The position numbers were made by a program, and so were the translations under genes. Shown one piece after another: positions 24,351 through 38,774 of a DNA stretch of 64,000 nucleotides (its first letter is position 1; every line of letters begins with the position of its first letter). The notes beneath the pieces were generated by a model, which was not told the DNA's origin, did no database searches, and saw only the letters and a program-made list of their open reading frames with translations. The DNA is from Glaucostegus cemiculus (Eukaryota): positions 11,346,001 through 11,410,000 of the forward strand of contig CDPCPM010000033.1 in NCBI GenBank assembly GCA_976551045.1. Direction: 5' to 3'.

Positions 24351-25779
24351 ACTTGCAGTGAACAACAGCTACTAATCCATGCATATCTTCAGAATTAATC
24401 ATTTAATCTCTAATGCCAGTACAAATGCTGAAAAAAATAACTAATCCAGTTTTGTGAGATTTACTTAATGGCAGGTGAGAAAATGGTTTATCACTGTGAA
24501 TTGTTGGCATGAGTGTTGATGGTGGTGAACTCAGAAATATACAAAGGAGATGATAAGGAGATGATGTATCTTACAAAGAATGAGTTCTGTCTATTCTAGT
24601 CAAAAGATCTGGCAGATGGTGAGAAAAATAGTTTAAATTAAAGAGTACCAAAGCAGTGGGACTGTTTCAATCCAAATAGATAAAAAGGATGCAAATAGTT
24701 TGACTAACTAAAGAATTCCACAAAAGTACAGTACTGAAGTTTAGGCATGATGGCACAGTATGAAACATAGGGCCAGTGGGAAAATTCAGTATAATTCAGA
24801 AGTAAAATTTGATCTTGCTTGCACATTAATTATTCTTAGAATTAAAATTCAAGTTATGAAAACAAACACAATCTTAGGTAACTGTGGGTATTCCTATATA
24901 TCGATAAAGTTATCAGACTTCTTTTGGTTAGTTTTTGATTTCTGTATCTCTATTTCATTACCTGTATATTAATTGTATTCACATAACTTTGCCCAGGTTT
25001 TCTGGTTGTAATGATTCCTAAATTGTTGGCTTTTCATGTCATCACATTGAAAAAGACTGCAATTTCTAGACTTTACGTTTGTGAAGTTAAGTATAAAAAT
25101 CCAGACACTGCTGTCAGCTCTAGTCTATCCCTCCGCAGGGTGTGCTTTTGAAGTCCTTGCAGATGGAAATGTTTTTTGAAATTACTGAATCTGCAAGACC
25201 GTCAACTTTTATTGCACTATTCTTGGTGTAAAACAGCTTTGAAAAAGTTAAGCCTTGTTGAATCAGGATGTAACATTATCAGTTTATAAAGCCATAAATA
25301 CTACCAAGTACTTCTCTGGCCATGAAAAACTATGTATGAGTACAGTGCTCTCAGAATAAATAGCTTAAAAATTAATGAATAAAAATAACTTTAAAGTTTA
25401 TTTATATTTCAACTGCAAGCATAATTTCACATATTCCTTCAAATTATTATTATCTAAACAGAAGATTAAAAAGTTAGCTTTTTACTTCTTTGTTTGCTTT
25501 ATGAGACAGTTAAAATGTGATTGGCTAATTAACTACTTAAGTGACATCATTACCGCTGGCTGCCAGAACTTCCTTGTCATAGAGTGAAATTAATATTGAG
25601 AAATGAGAAATTTGTTTTGCAGAAATTACTAGATCCTTTCTCAGAGCTTGGTGGCAAGCAAATTCATTTCTTAACTGATTGAAAGATTCCAGATCATTCC
25701 TGGAAACCACTTCTTTCCTGATTACATTAATTTTTAGACATGGAGTTTAGTACTAGGATGACTCTTGTTTTGGATATAT

Positions 25780-27690
25780 GTCATTGACTTGTGGGTACAG
25801 AGCACAATATTGAAAATGGAAAACTTGGAAGTGCACTAAAATATGAAAATGATTGTATTCAGGAAAGTGGTGGAATGGCTGAGCATATGGCAGATGAAAT
25901 CAATGCGGAAAAATGGGAGATCCTGCATTTTGTTAAGAGGAATAAGTAGAGGCAATACTTGATAAATAATACAAGTTTAATGAGAATGCAATAAGGAGAT
26001 GAGCTGCAAGAGTGCACATCTATTTGGAGGATAGGTTATTAACGCAGTTAATAAGCCACATGACATTCTGGCCTTTATTAATAGATAAACAGTGTAAAAG
26101 CCAGGAAGTTGTGATACAGATACAAAATAGTACCACTGCATCAGCTTGTTTACACACCAACTATAGAGGGGCTCTTGGCCTGGGAGAGACTGACATTGCT
26201 TTGATTATTCCTTCAGGGAATTTAGATGACTTTGGTGATATTTTTCCTATGCCTTGAGTTGTCTGCTTTAAGCTGGGATGTGGGAGAGCCTCAAACAAGG
26301 GGACATAACCACAAGGTGTGGGTAGTGGTCATTTAAAACTGAAGTTCATAGAAATTTCTTCTTACAGAGGGTGGGGATTCTCTGGAATTCTCTGCCCCAG
26401 TGGGTGGTGGAAGCGAAATGATTAGAAATATTTAAAGTAGATCTGGATAAATACTTGATAGATTGAGGAATTGACAGATATGGAGAAATGGCACAGAAAT
26501 GGCCCTCAGGTTGGGTGAGACTAGAACAAGAGGTCATAGGTTCAGGGTAAAAAGACAAATGTTTAAGGTGAATCTGAGGGGAAACTTCTTCACTCAGAGG
26601 GTGGTGCAAGTGTGGAATGAGCTGTCAGCGGAAGTGGTAGAGGTGGCTTCAGTTGTAACATTTAAGAGAAGTTTGGATAGGTACATGGATGAGAGGGGTT
26701 TGGAGGGATATGGTCTGGGTGCAGGTTACATCACATGTTAATGCTGAGCGGCTGCACTGCTTGCCCCAGCCCATCCAAAACCAGGCTATCCACAACAAGC
26801 CATGGGGCAAGCAATTGCTGGATTCACTTCAAGTTCCTAGTACTATAACCCACAGCAGTGGAGAAGGGATGTGTCCACATCGGGTTCCAGGCACAGCAGC
26901 ATTGTCAATAATGCTTCTCTCTATATATAATGTTATAATGGACCCATTTATCACTGATTCCATTTGGGAGCTTGTTCCTAGAACATACTGGATCCTCCGT
27001 GCCAAACAAGGAACCAGGGGAGAGGGCACAAATGAGCATGTATCAATGAAGGTGGCACAGCAGTTGAGAAAGTGGTTAAGAATGTGTATGGAAATTGGTT
27101 CTTTATAAAGAGAGACATAGCTTACAAGAGCAATGAAGTCATGATGAACATTTATAAAACACTGGGTCAACCAGAGCTGGATTATTGTGTTTACTCCTGG
27201 ACACAATGCCTTAAGAAATATGTGAGGACGCAGAAGAGATTCACCAAAACGTTTCCAGAAATGAAGGCTCTTACTTTCATATGTGGACAGACAGAAGAAG
27301 TTTGTGTTTTTCTCCTTGGAACAAAGAAGGATACAAGGAGATCTGAAAGAGGGTTTTATAATCATGAAGGTTATAGTAAGTCGAGATTGAGAGAAATTGC
27401 TCCATTTGGCAGAGGGATCAAGAATTAGAAGACACAGAGTAAAGATACTTGGCAAAAGGATTAAAAATGACATGGGAAACAAATCTTTTACACAATGAGT
27501 GGTTAGAGTCTGGAATGACTGCCAGAGATAATAGTGGAGCAGATTCAAGCCGGGTAAGTATCCAAAACAAAACCAGGGCTATGGGGAGAGAGTGAAAATT
27601 GGGACTGGCTGGATTCCTTTCACGTGGACCTGTTACAGGCAACAAGCCAAATGGTATTCCTTTGCACTGTGACCATTCTATGATTCTGTG
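25780..27690 (+). mobile_element. Cluster of nested or adjacent CR1-type LINE 3' fragments
   Basis: RT C-terminal relics such as RTRGHRFRVK..LRGNFFTQRVVQVWNEL and ELDYCVYSW. CR1 3' end ctgtgaccattctatgattct at ~27670-27690. Confidence 0.85.
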
Positions 27691-28049
27691 ATCTTGTTCT
27701 TCCTTCTACCATGCAGCATTATCTTTGTAACTGGGGACATAGTTCATTTATGACTTTTTCTGGTTTGCATTATATTGTTTTGACTAAATGGCACAGCATT
27801 CTATTGTTTTTGTTGATTGTTACTCTGGGTGGCATGTTAAGTATTGACTCTACTACAACTCTATTATATTCTCCTTCAATTTCCTTAAGACCCATTTTGG
27901 CACTATTCATATATGAGACCATATTTACTTTAGCTAATTTTCTTTTTACATATCTATAGAAGCAAAATCTGTTTGTATGTTTCTTGCCAGCCTATTTCAT
28001 TTTCTCCTTTGCCTTAGCAACACTCTGGCCATCTTTCTGAAGAGGAGAA

Positions 28050-29810
28050 ATTTAGAAGTTTAAAGAGAAAGGACAAAGTAATAGTGCAGGGTATCAAAAT
28101 GGGTAATAATAGTCAGAGTCCACCAGGAAGGAACAGAGCAGGCAGACATAGACCTATACTTCCATTTAGAGTTAATGTAAGGAAAAATGATAAAAAGACA
28201 AAATTGAAGACTTGTTATGTGAATGCATGCAGCATTCCTAACAAAATGAGTGAATTAATGGTATAAGTAGAAATAAATGAGCACAGTTTACAAGCCATTA
28301 CAAAAATGTGTTTGCAAAGAAATCAAGGCTGGGAATTAAATATTCCAGGACTTAATTTTTGCAAGACATAGACAAAATGGAAAAGAAAATGAGATAGCAT
28401 TGATTTTATAGAATGGAGTGGATGTAATGAAGAGGAAGGATCTCAGCTCAGAAAATCAAGAAATTGAATCATTTTGGGTAGTGCTAAGAAACAGCAAGGG
28501 ATAGAAAATATTGCTAGAAATTATTTGTGGACCATTAGTAGTGGTAATGCAGAGTATTGTAGAATCCAGAAAATTAGGGGAAACATAAAAAGGACAATAT
28601 GATAATCATGGTGTCACCCTACACTACATATTGACTGGGCAAGTAATAATGTTGAGGATGAAGTCACAGAATATATAAGTGATGGTTTTCTAAATCAGTA
28701 TGTTGCAGAACCAATAAGGAAACAGGCTTTTTAGACTGAGTATCATGTTACGAAAAGGGGTTAGTTAAGGGGCCTTTGGGGAACAGTGATCATAACATTA
28801 GAATTGTACATAAAAGTGATTTAGTTCAATATCCAACCAGGATCTGAAATCTGAGTGAAGCAAACTACAAAAGGCATGAGGCATGAGTTGACTGTGGTAG
28901 ATAATGGCATGGCATGAGTTGGCTTTGGAAAATTACATTAAAAACTGTGACATCAAACAAATAATGGCTAAAGGATTAATACTTAGATTGCAAATAATGA
29001 AAATCCCTTTAAGGCAAAAACAAAACAGGAAAAATAGTCCAACGATAACTATCAAGAGAAGCTAAAGATTAAAGGAAAGGCATATAATGTTGCCAAGAGA
29101 AACAATAAGCCTGAGAATTGGGAGATTTCAGAATTCTGCAAAGGATGACCATAAAATTGATAAGTAAATGAAAAGCAGAATATGAGAGCAGTCTTGTGAG
29201 AATCATAAAATAAACGGCAGAAGTTTCTATAGATATGTAAAATGGGGAAAAAAATTAGCTAAATTAATATGAGTCTTTTTCCAATTATAGCAGACCCTTG
29301 TGATAATGAATCTGGAATGTTGTATGGATGTCTGGCCTCCCTACCTAATGAAAGATAATATTTGGGGTAGAGGGAGTGCTCAAAAACTCAGCAAATTGGT
29401 ACCTGGATTGGTGCATTTATTGTATGAGGAGAAGGTAAACAGACAGGCCGCTCCTTTGTGTTTAGAAGAATGAAAAGAGATCTCATTGAAAATGAAAGTT
29501 TTATGAAGTTTGCAGAGTAAATATGGAACTGGTGTTGCCTTTGGATGGGATGTTCAGAATCAGAGCTCACAGCCTCAAAAGGAAGGGTTGGCCATTTAGG
29601 ACAGCAATGAGAAGAAATTTCTTCACAGGAGAGGAGTGAATTCTTGGAATTCTCTATGCAAGAGGACTGTGGAGGCTCAGTCGCTATATTCAAGATTGAG
29701 ACTGATAGATTTTTAGAGATTAAGGAAATCAAGGCTAATGGCTTAAAGCTATAATCTTTCTGAATGGCTGAGCAGGCAATAGCCTACTAATGCTTATATT
29801 TCTTATGTGC
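28050..29810 (+). mobile_element. Decayed CR1 LINE with AP-endonuclease region and 3' end, internally deleted
   Basis: YVNACSIPNKMSEL matches the CR1 endonuclease start (YxNARSIxNKxxEL). A 'LGNSDHN' relic lies at ~28780 and a CR1 3' segment at 29300-29810. Confidence 0.8.
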
Positions 29811-30049
29811 TTAACTTATGCCCCTGTCTGACTATTTAATTTAAACCCTTTTCTATAGTGCTAGTTATTCAATTCAATTGTCCCAGACCAATTCAAGAAA
29901 AGCCTGCCCAAATGGAACAGCTCTTTATTTGCCCAGTGCCAGTGTTCCATGAATTGAGACCCATTTAAAGTCACAAAGTCATTGAGTCACAGCATGGAAA
30001 TGGTTCCACCCAAATTCGGCCAATCCAGTCTCCCCTTATAACTGAAAAG

Positions 30050-30720
30050 CTCTATCCCAGTCAACTTCTTTTTTGCACCCTCTCCAGTGCCATAATGTTC
30101 TTTCTATGATGTGGCAACCAGAACTGCACAAAGCACACCAGGTATAGCCTAACAAATGTTTTATAAAGTTGTACCATAACCTCCCATTTTTCTGACACCA
30201 TTCTTTAATCCAAGCATTCAGTTCTTTGATTTTTTATACCATTTGCCTGTGACTTAGTAATCCAGGAATCATGACTTTTGCATTTCTACATTTTATTTTG
30301 AACTTTACCTGCTCATATTTCTTCAGCAGAAACTCATTTGTCCTCTCTATATCATTGGTTCCCACATGCACGACAACAGCTGGAACTTTCCTCTCGAACT
30401 TCACGTTCCTCTCTAGTCCTAAAGAGGTATCCCTAATCCTGACAAGGGAATGCAAGATCTGGAAATTCAGCTTGTGGCTTCAGAGAACGATATCTGTGTC
30501 TCTAATTATATTGTCCCCTATTACAACTTAATTTATTTTCACTCCTTGAACCATGGTGCTGCGGTCAATTTGTTTACCCACTCTTCAGCCTTTGCCCTCA
30601 TCCACACCAGTTGCAAGACTCTTTTACATCTTAGAGAAGAACAAGGATTGAGCCTCCTCCAATATGCTACCTTCTGGATCCCTATTCTTTCTTCACTTAT
30701 TGCCACACTCACTCTCAACT
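30050..30720 (-). mobile_element. CR1 fragments including the ORF1 SGNH/esterase domain
   Basis: ORF 30234..30455 contains VVVHVGTNDI, typical of the CR1 ORF1 esterase. An ORF2 fragment lies at 30050-30190. Confidence 0.8.
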
Positions 30721-31489
30721 GATAATACCCCAACACCATTTTTCATGCAAATATTTTAGCTCTTGCATGAATAGAGAGAATAGAAAAGTAAGAGATAATT
30801 ATACATTATTTCAAATTGATTTTAGATACTTCCAATCATTCTTAACTATTCTTAAATGTTTGTAAGTATTTTAGCTTCTATTTCTCTTTATGTTCTTGTT
30901 TTTAAAGTAGTTTAATTGATTTTTAATGGCTTTTGAATTTGAAAATATTCAGAAGTCTTTGGAGGTTTGACTGTTGGTTAAGTTAAGTATATTGGCTTAG
31001 CAGGCTGTCAAAATTTTTTCAGCTGATTGTAGGTGGGGCTTTTTCAGGCACCCCATCTTCCCTTACGTAATAACGTTTATATTTGCCAGGGTCTGCTGCT
31101 GTGCAGGATTTTACTATTGCAAACCAGTTCTGTACTCAGCAGCACTGCAGGTAGGTTTAGACTCTTTTTCGTATGTCAGCAATGTAGATGGGTTGCCTCT
31201 GGTAAACAATTCTGGTCCAATATGTAGCAATATAAACACTGGTGTAAAGCAGGTTAAACCAGTTATACAGAAATTACCTTGGAACAAATGAACATAATTC
31301 CAGATCTGAACTACAGTTACACTGTAACTTCCAAGAAATTTTTTCCTTTTTACTCTTTGTTTGATCTCCCTTTCCAGATTCTTTCATCTTGCTCTCTGGT
31401 TAATAATTGCCTTTCATAATGGTGGCATTCTACTGTGGTTTGTTTTGATCAATATTAGAAAAGGTAATTCCAGCTCTTGTTTAGGTAAT

Positions 31490-31840
31490 GCTTCAATAGG
31501 TGCTTCATCTCTGCCCCTGTGCCATTAGGGTACAGTAATTCTTCATAAACCCACACAATGTATGTTTTCCTTTTAAGTTTAGTTTAAACAGAGCTATTTT
31601 ATTTGGTATTTCCAAGCATCTTTCTACCACTCCATTGACCTGTCAATATACTGTTATCTTCAATGATAAAATTTAGGATATACTCACATTGCTGGAATTC
31701 TGCTCAGTTAAATAATGCATTTTATCAATCCTGACAGCTTTTGGAATTCCTTGAACTACAAAGATCTTATCCAGCAAATGTATTACAGCTAGAGCAGATG
31801 TTACTTTCAGAAATTCAGTTTCTGGAAATACTAAGTGCAT
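31490..31840 (-). mobile_element. Ty3/Gypsy LTR-retrotransposon integrase relic
   Basis: ORF 31673..31900 reads FPETEFLKVTSALAVIHLLDKIFVVQGIPKAVRID, like the rve core (FPEV..TS..VI..L..IF...GIP..V.SD). An NGVVEK relic follows at ~31636-31619. Confidence 0.7.
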
Positions 31841-32169
31841 TCCAATGCTCTCTTGGGCAGCCTCCCATCCTTCACCCTCATTAAACTTCAGTTTATACAA
31901 TGCTTGGCTTCCTTTATCCCATCCGTCACCTCCATTTTCTAATTCTCATCCTCATGTTTAAATCCCTTTATGGTCTTTAAACCTCATCCAGCCCTACAAG
32001 CTCTGTAACCATGTTTGATTTCTCACTGGAAATTTACGTCTTTCACTATTAATCCTACAACTGTAGCAAGACTTTGGATAAAGCTGTACATGACCATCTC
32101 CAGAAAGCTTCCCATCACAGTGGTGTTTTGTCTTTTGGGATTCTAGTTAGCCACAATCCTACTTTTACA

Positions 32170-32285
32170 TTTTTCCTACAAGACAACAATGATGAAATTT
32201 CAAAATGACTCTATTGGCTATGAAGCACTTTGGGGGTATCCAGTTATCATGTAAGCAACTTTATAATGAAAAGTTCTTCCCTTAC
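32170..32285 (+). mobile_element. DeuSINE/L2-type tail relic
   Basis: ttcaaaatgactctattggctatgaagcactttggg... is similar to 24270-24350. Confidence 0.45.
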
Positions 32286-33289
32286 TTCTTTCATTAGACC
32301 TGGTGATAACAATATCCTCCAAATATATTTTTAAAACATTTATTTAGTTCTTATTAATAACATTTTTGTGACAAAGCAAACATTCTTCTTTGCTTTAACC
32401 TTTTTATTGAGGTTCATAACACTGCATTGAGTTTTACTTGGCTAGATGCCTCCTACTCTGACTATGCTGCACCAATCCTCCAGTATGTACCATCTGGCAA
32501 GATGCACTAAAATAGCTCAGCTTGACTTTTGCAACAGCAGCTCCTAAGTTTGTGATGCTCACCAGCTAGAAGGATAAGGGCAAGAGTAGAATGGGAAATA
32601 ATTACCTCCAAATTTCCGTCCAAGTAACACATCATTCTGAGGATCAAAATCCCGAAACTTCCTACTTATCAATATTGTTTTATATTTTAAATTTTGAATT
32701 AACATTCCCTTCATTTCTTTTGAAATCACAACTGAATCCTTAGAGTTTTCCACTGCTTTTAGTAACTCATTGTCTATCTGAACTACTGTTATCAAACTAT
32801 CTCTTTCTCCAGGTTCCCAGCTATCTTTCTCCCAGAACTGCTACAATTTACTTTGCTGCTGTTCTACTTTTACCTTTTGTTTACTGCTCAGCCTCCAAGA
32901 TTTCTTCTCAGCTCTTTTTGTCAATTCTACTTACTCTGGTGAAAGACAGCATTGTGAAAAATATTTTTTTTCCCCATAGGATCCAACTGATTTCTATTGC
33001 TAGGGAGAGTGTCATGTCATTACATCCCACCTCAAAGTGACATCCTTTGCCCTGTATTAATGTGTTCTATTGCTCGGGTCCTCAGGTCTTAATACTTAAA
33101 TGTGCTACATGTAGTTTTGGTCTTGTACTCCATCTCCACATCCTTTGCTGAGCTTCCAGATAAGTCGACTGAGTGTACGAGCTCAATTACTTTGCTCAGC
33201 TTCCTCCAATAGCCAAGATTTCTGTCAATCTTCCACTAATATTACACTATCCAGTTGCAACAACCCTTGCAAAATTTTCTTTTTAATTT

Positions 33290-35030
33290 TAGGGATTTGG
33301 CATCACTGGCAAGGCCAGCATTTGTTGCCCATCTGCAATTCTCCTTAAGTAGGTGGTGGGGAGCTACCTTCCTGAATGCTGCAGTCCTTCTGGCAAAGGC
33401 ATCCTCACAGTGTTGTTCAGGAGGGAGTTCCGGAATTTAGATCCAACAATGAAGCACTGGTGATATACTTCCAAGTCAGTGTGACGTGCAACTTGAAGGG
33501 CAACTTGAACATGATGATGTTTCCTTGTGCCTGAAGACTTCTTAATGGCAGAGGTTGTGGTTTTGGGAAATGCAGTCAGAGTAGCCTGGGCAAGTAATGC
33601 CAGTGCATTTTGTCATTAGTACACACAGTAACTACTGTGCACCAGTGATGGTGGAGGGATTGAATACTTAGGATGTTGGATGGGGTAACAGTCAAGCAAC
33701 TATTTTGTCCTGTATTGTGTCGAGCTTCATAAATGTTGGTAGAGTTGCACTCATCCAGGGAAGTGGAGAGTATTCCATTGCATGCCTGATATGCCTTCTA
33801 GGTGGTGAAAGGGATTTGGGAAATCCAGTGATGAGTCATTCACAGATTCCAACCTGCTTTGGTAGACACAGAATTCATGTGGTTGATCCAGTTGAGTTTC
33901 TGGTCCATAGTGACTCCTCAAGATACTGATGGTGGGAGATTTTGTGGTTGTAATGCCATTGATATCAAGTGTAGGTAGTTGCACCCTCTCTTGTTGGAGG
34001 TGGCCATTGGCTGTCCCTTTTGTGGCACAAATGACACTTGCTGCTTATTAGATCATGCCTAAATGTTGCCTTGGTCTTTCTGTTTGAAGGCACAAACTGC
34101 TTCATTTGCTGAGGAATGGAACTCTGTAAAATCATCAGAGAACATTTCCATGTCTGACCTTGTGATGACACAGCTGAAGACAGTTGAGCTTTGGGCATTT
34201 CCCCGAGAAGCTCGGGCAGTGATGTTCTGGGGATGGGCTAATTGACCTCCAAGAATTACTGCCATCTTCCTTTCAGCAATGATTCCAACCATCTTTTCTC
34301 CTTGAAGCCCATTGACCTCATTTTTATCAGGACTCCTTGATCAAATCTGGCATTGATGTCACACATGGGTAGTCATTCTCACCTCGACTCTGGAATCCAG
34401 TTCTTGCTCCTTGTTTAGACTAAGGCTATGATGAGTTTTGGAGCCAAGTGGTCCTGATAAAGCCAAAATGAGCATCAGTGTGCAAGTTATTGTCAAATAA
34501 GTACTGCTTGGAAGCACTGTCCATGATACATTCTATTATCCTGTTTAAGATTGATACTGGGCTAATTGGATTTGTCCTGCTCTTTGCAAAGGGTGCACTT
34601 CTCAACAATGTTGATAAGATGACACTGTTTTAACTGTATTAGAACAGCTTGGTCAGAGAGGAACTCATTCTGGATCACTGGTCCTCAGTACTCAAGTCGA
34701 GATGTTGTCTAGTCCCAGAACCGTTAGCGTATCTGGTGCTCTCACTCTGCCTGAAGACTAACTTTTGTGATGGTGGGGAACTTAATAGAAAGAAGAGATG
34801 GATCATCCACTCAGCACTTCTGGCTAAGCACAGTTACAAATACTTTAGCCTTGTCTTCTGCAACTACTTGCTGGGATCAACATCCATGAAAATAGAGATG
34901 TTTTTGGATCCTCTTTCTCCAATTCATTGTTTAGTTGTTTACCACCATTTATAACCAAATATGGTAGGGTTAAAGAGCTGTGATCTGACTCATTGTTTTT
35001 GAGATTGCTTTAGTCTGTCTATTGCATGCT
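33290..35030 (-). mobile_element. Decayed LINE (CR1/L2 group) RT region and 3' end
   Basis: ORF 34426..34608 PISPVSILNRIIECIMDSASKQYLFDNNLHTDAHFGF matches RT subdomains 1-2 (RPISL...LL...QFGF). A 'DMEMFSDD' (FADD) relic lies in ORF 34059..34292. Confidence 0.75.
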
Positions 35031-35175
35031 ATTGCGGGACCTTGCAAACTGGTTGCTGAATTTCGTGCATTAAAGCTGTAACTCCTTTCAAAAATACTTC
35101 ATTCACTGTAAAGCATACTGATTTATTCTGAAAGTGATGTGAAAAGGCTTTACAAATGCAATACATTTTTTTCTT
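35030..35175 (+). mobile_element. DeuSINE tail relic
   Basis: ttcaaaaatacttcattcactgtaaagcat...gtgaaaaggctttacaaatgca resembles the other Deu-like copies in the window. Confidence 0.5.
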
Positions 35176-38100
35176 TCATTAATGAATAATTTATTTAATT
35201 TCAGAGTTGTAAAGCATCTAGCCTTTGGGACTGTGTAAAGTCAGAAGTTTCTTTTGTGGACGTCCTAAAAAATTAAGGATGAAATAACACTTATTTCAGA
35301 CATGGTCTGTGAGCTATGTGAAAATGGATTTCTTTGTAGTCATGATTTATCAAGAAGATTGTGTCAGATATTTCCCCTCATCTTCCAGTTGAAATCCAGC
35401 AGGTTTTAACAGCAGCTTGGGACTCCAGAGCACCGGCTGAAATCCAGACCTCCACTCAGCTAAATACTGATCCCATTGTGCCTGCACTGTGTGGGTGGAC
35501 TTCTCATAGAGTTCAATGGGACCGCACAGATTTTCTCAGATTTCCCAGCACATACAACTAGGCCTATCAAAATCAATAGGAAGACAAGGCTGTGCATGGA
35601 AGAGTGAGTAGAAGTTAACTTCCTCTATATTTGATTTAATTCACTTATTTTAAATGTATTCCTTTGTGTTTAAATGTGTGTGCATTTCTGTGTGTTTTTT
35701 TAGGAATTTTAATTTTGTACTAGTATTTTTGTTATTTCATAATTCTTGAATGCTTGAGAATGCCAGAGGTGTTTACAAGCATTCAACTTTACAGGTGATG
35801 AGCCTGGAGATGAGCCTTATTGGCTGTCAAAGGTATTCTGGAGCATTGGCCCTTGCACTCGCAGGGGCTGCATGTTCTCCAGGGTCTCACTCCTAGAAGA
35901 AGAGGGCATTTTGCAAGAAAGGACATGCTCCATGGATAAGTAACCAACAAGCTTACTAGGCACCCTCATCAGCGGAAGATTCTTCCCACTTATCCTCCTG
36001 TAATATATTATTCTCATCAGATAATGATGTTTAGTTCAGTTAGTCATGTGCAATATTAGTTCATCTGAAATTCCTTGCTTTACCGCTTTGTAAATGTTTG
36101 CATTAAAGTTGTAGGAAGAGCAATTTCATATGAACATGCTAATATTACACAGCATGATTTCATACTAAATGTAGATTAAAGATCTGATTTCAAAGCCTAT
36201 TTGAAAGTTCTGTAAAACAAACCACAAAATATAATTTTCCTTCCGCCTCAGAAGTTGTAAATTGTTTGCTTTCATTATAAAGTTGCTGGAGCCATTATAT
36301 GATCAGACCTTCACATCCTGCCTACAATACTTAGCTTTATAAGCAAATCACGTATCATTATTACTCTTAGACTTAAAAAAATTGCTTCCCTACGTCTTCA
36401 TTTAATTGAAACATATTCCTAGTTATCACATAAATTGTAAATTGAATGCATTTGGAAAAGCAATCATGAAACCTTGTCAACAAGGAAAGGTTTACTTTTG
36501 ATTGCAATATTTTTTGCATCTGTTTGTATTTATGTCATTTATTGAGGCAAAATAGGAAACTTTGGTCATAAAGTTCTGAAGAAATTTTAAAAATTTGCCT
36601 GTTTTAGTTGAAGCATGGAAGAATGAAATTAAGATTAATTTAACTCTTAGTGTGAATTATCTTCCAAATATTTTCTCCTGTTCCATTTCAATGAAAGACA
36701 GATGTTTAATTTTAGAACTTCTTTTTGGGAATAGATAGTTGGTTCACTGATTTTATTGAAATGATGTAAAATTTTGAATGATGGATGATCTTGAATATTG
36801 AAACTTCCGTATCCTGTGATATCATTTGGCTTTTATTGCTTGATATTGTGATGTGGTTTGGAAGAGAAATGATCTGAAGAGTTTTCTTTCAGAAATATTT
36901 TATTGGCATTTATCTAAGACCAAACTAAATAACCCAGTACAACTGGCTTCATACTTGCATTTGGAATGTACCTTTTAGTTGTGGTGTATTGTTGCTGGGT
37001 GGGATCAGGCTCCAATGGGGGCAGTGGTTTCTGAAGGACCAGAAAGGCTGCTTAGCAGCAATTAAGAATTAATGCATCATCAAAAGGGTGCTTACACTGT
37101 CATGCACAGATCCTAGTATTCCATAATGAGTTTCTTTACTCTCCAAGTATAGGAATTTTAGTTTTGCAATGCCTTTCAATGATGAAGAAGATGGTGAGGT
37201 ACCTGAAAATTGTTTGGGTCTCAGCTTTAGATTTGGGATAGAGGCACCATTGTTCAACTGACTTTGTATCTGTTTGTTGGAATTAAAAGTAATATTATGA
37301 ATTTTAAGTGCAATAATATTAATATTTCTCCTATAGCTATCACATTTATTTCAATGTTACGGTTTCACAACTGCAGAGTTTGGGGGTGAGGGAGTTTTAA
37401 TTTTTATACCTTAATTTTCATTTCAGCGAACCCCAAATTTTACATTGTACAACAACAAAACATTTCTATAATTTACATACATGATCCATTGACACAAAAG
37501 CTGTTAAGCATTTCTGACCATCTTCTGTTTTGGACAATCATTAGTGATTGAGTATGTTTTGATCAGAGCCTTTCACATTACACAAATTTCAAATACTGCT
37601 CTTACAAGAAGTCTTTCTTGTTTGATGTGGATGAAGTTTTTCTTTTACTTAAATTTTTTCTGGTGAAGGCTGAGTTAACAAGATATTCTAGGGTCTTAAT
37701 GCTAAAGCAGGCTCTTCGTCAAACATTTGCAAATGTGTAAGTTTTCTTTTTGTCTACTCATGTTAGTTTGTTCTAAGCTCTTCGTTCGTCTTTAACAACT
37801 AACCTGAATTTCTATGATGAAATTTGAAAGAGTACAATACCAAGCATCAGATGCATTATGTGCTGATTTTTCTAACAGTTCCTTCCTGCACTAAGCCTTG
37901 CACCGGCTTATCTCAGATCATTTGCCAACCATATGTAGTTATTTCATAGTCTGAAAAATTAACTATTAAATACAGGCACTTTCTTGTGTGTCAGTAAAAA
38001 TACTTCAAAATTTCAAGAATAAAAATTGCTTGCAGAGTACAAACACACAATAGTTTTGGCATAAAACTAATACTGGATTTTTTTAAAATAGCTGTCTAAA

Positions 38101-38774
38101 TATATTTCTGATTTTCTGGTATGTGTTTGTGATTTGGGTTTGCAGAATAATGGCACCTGTAACATGAACTGCAGATTCCTCCTGTAGGTGGCAACAAAAT
38201 ACTGTGGTCTTTTCAAGTCTGTGTCTGATAAAGGCAACTGTGCATTCTCTCCAATTATTGTAGCAAAAGTTGTTCATGAATGTTAAGTTGTATTCATTCA
38301 CATAAAAGCAAACACAAGCTAGATTAAATTAATTTTGTATTGGTTCATCCTTGTTGTCATTATTAAACTCATATTAATCAATGTTACAATCATCCATTCT
38401 CTCATTATTCCTTCTTCAGATTTTACATGAAAAGTGTAGGGAAAGACAAATGGGCTTTTATATGCTGTTAATTCTAATGCTGAAAATTATTTAGACATTG
38501 CAGATTTACCAAAAATATAGGATACAAATTAAAGACTGCAGCTATGACTAATATCAGCAGGGTATAAAACTCATATAGCACAAAGCTTATTGGAGAATAT
38601 ATCTCACACTAAACTCAGTTGTATCCTTAAATCCACACATGAATCTCAACCACATGAGTGACTAATTTTAATACTATGAAAGTACAGGAAGAAGGAAAGA
38701 TTCTCTTATACATGAAAGAGATTTAAAAATGTGGTTAATATGCAAGCCTAAGCAATTATTAAAATGTTGCATAT

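Noticed and set aside
26829-27548. 239-aa minus-strand ORF
   Set aside because: Mostly the antisense frame of a CR1 fragment, not a host gene.
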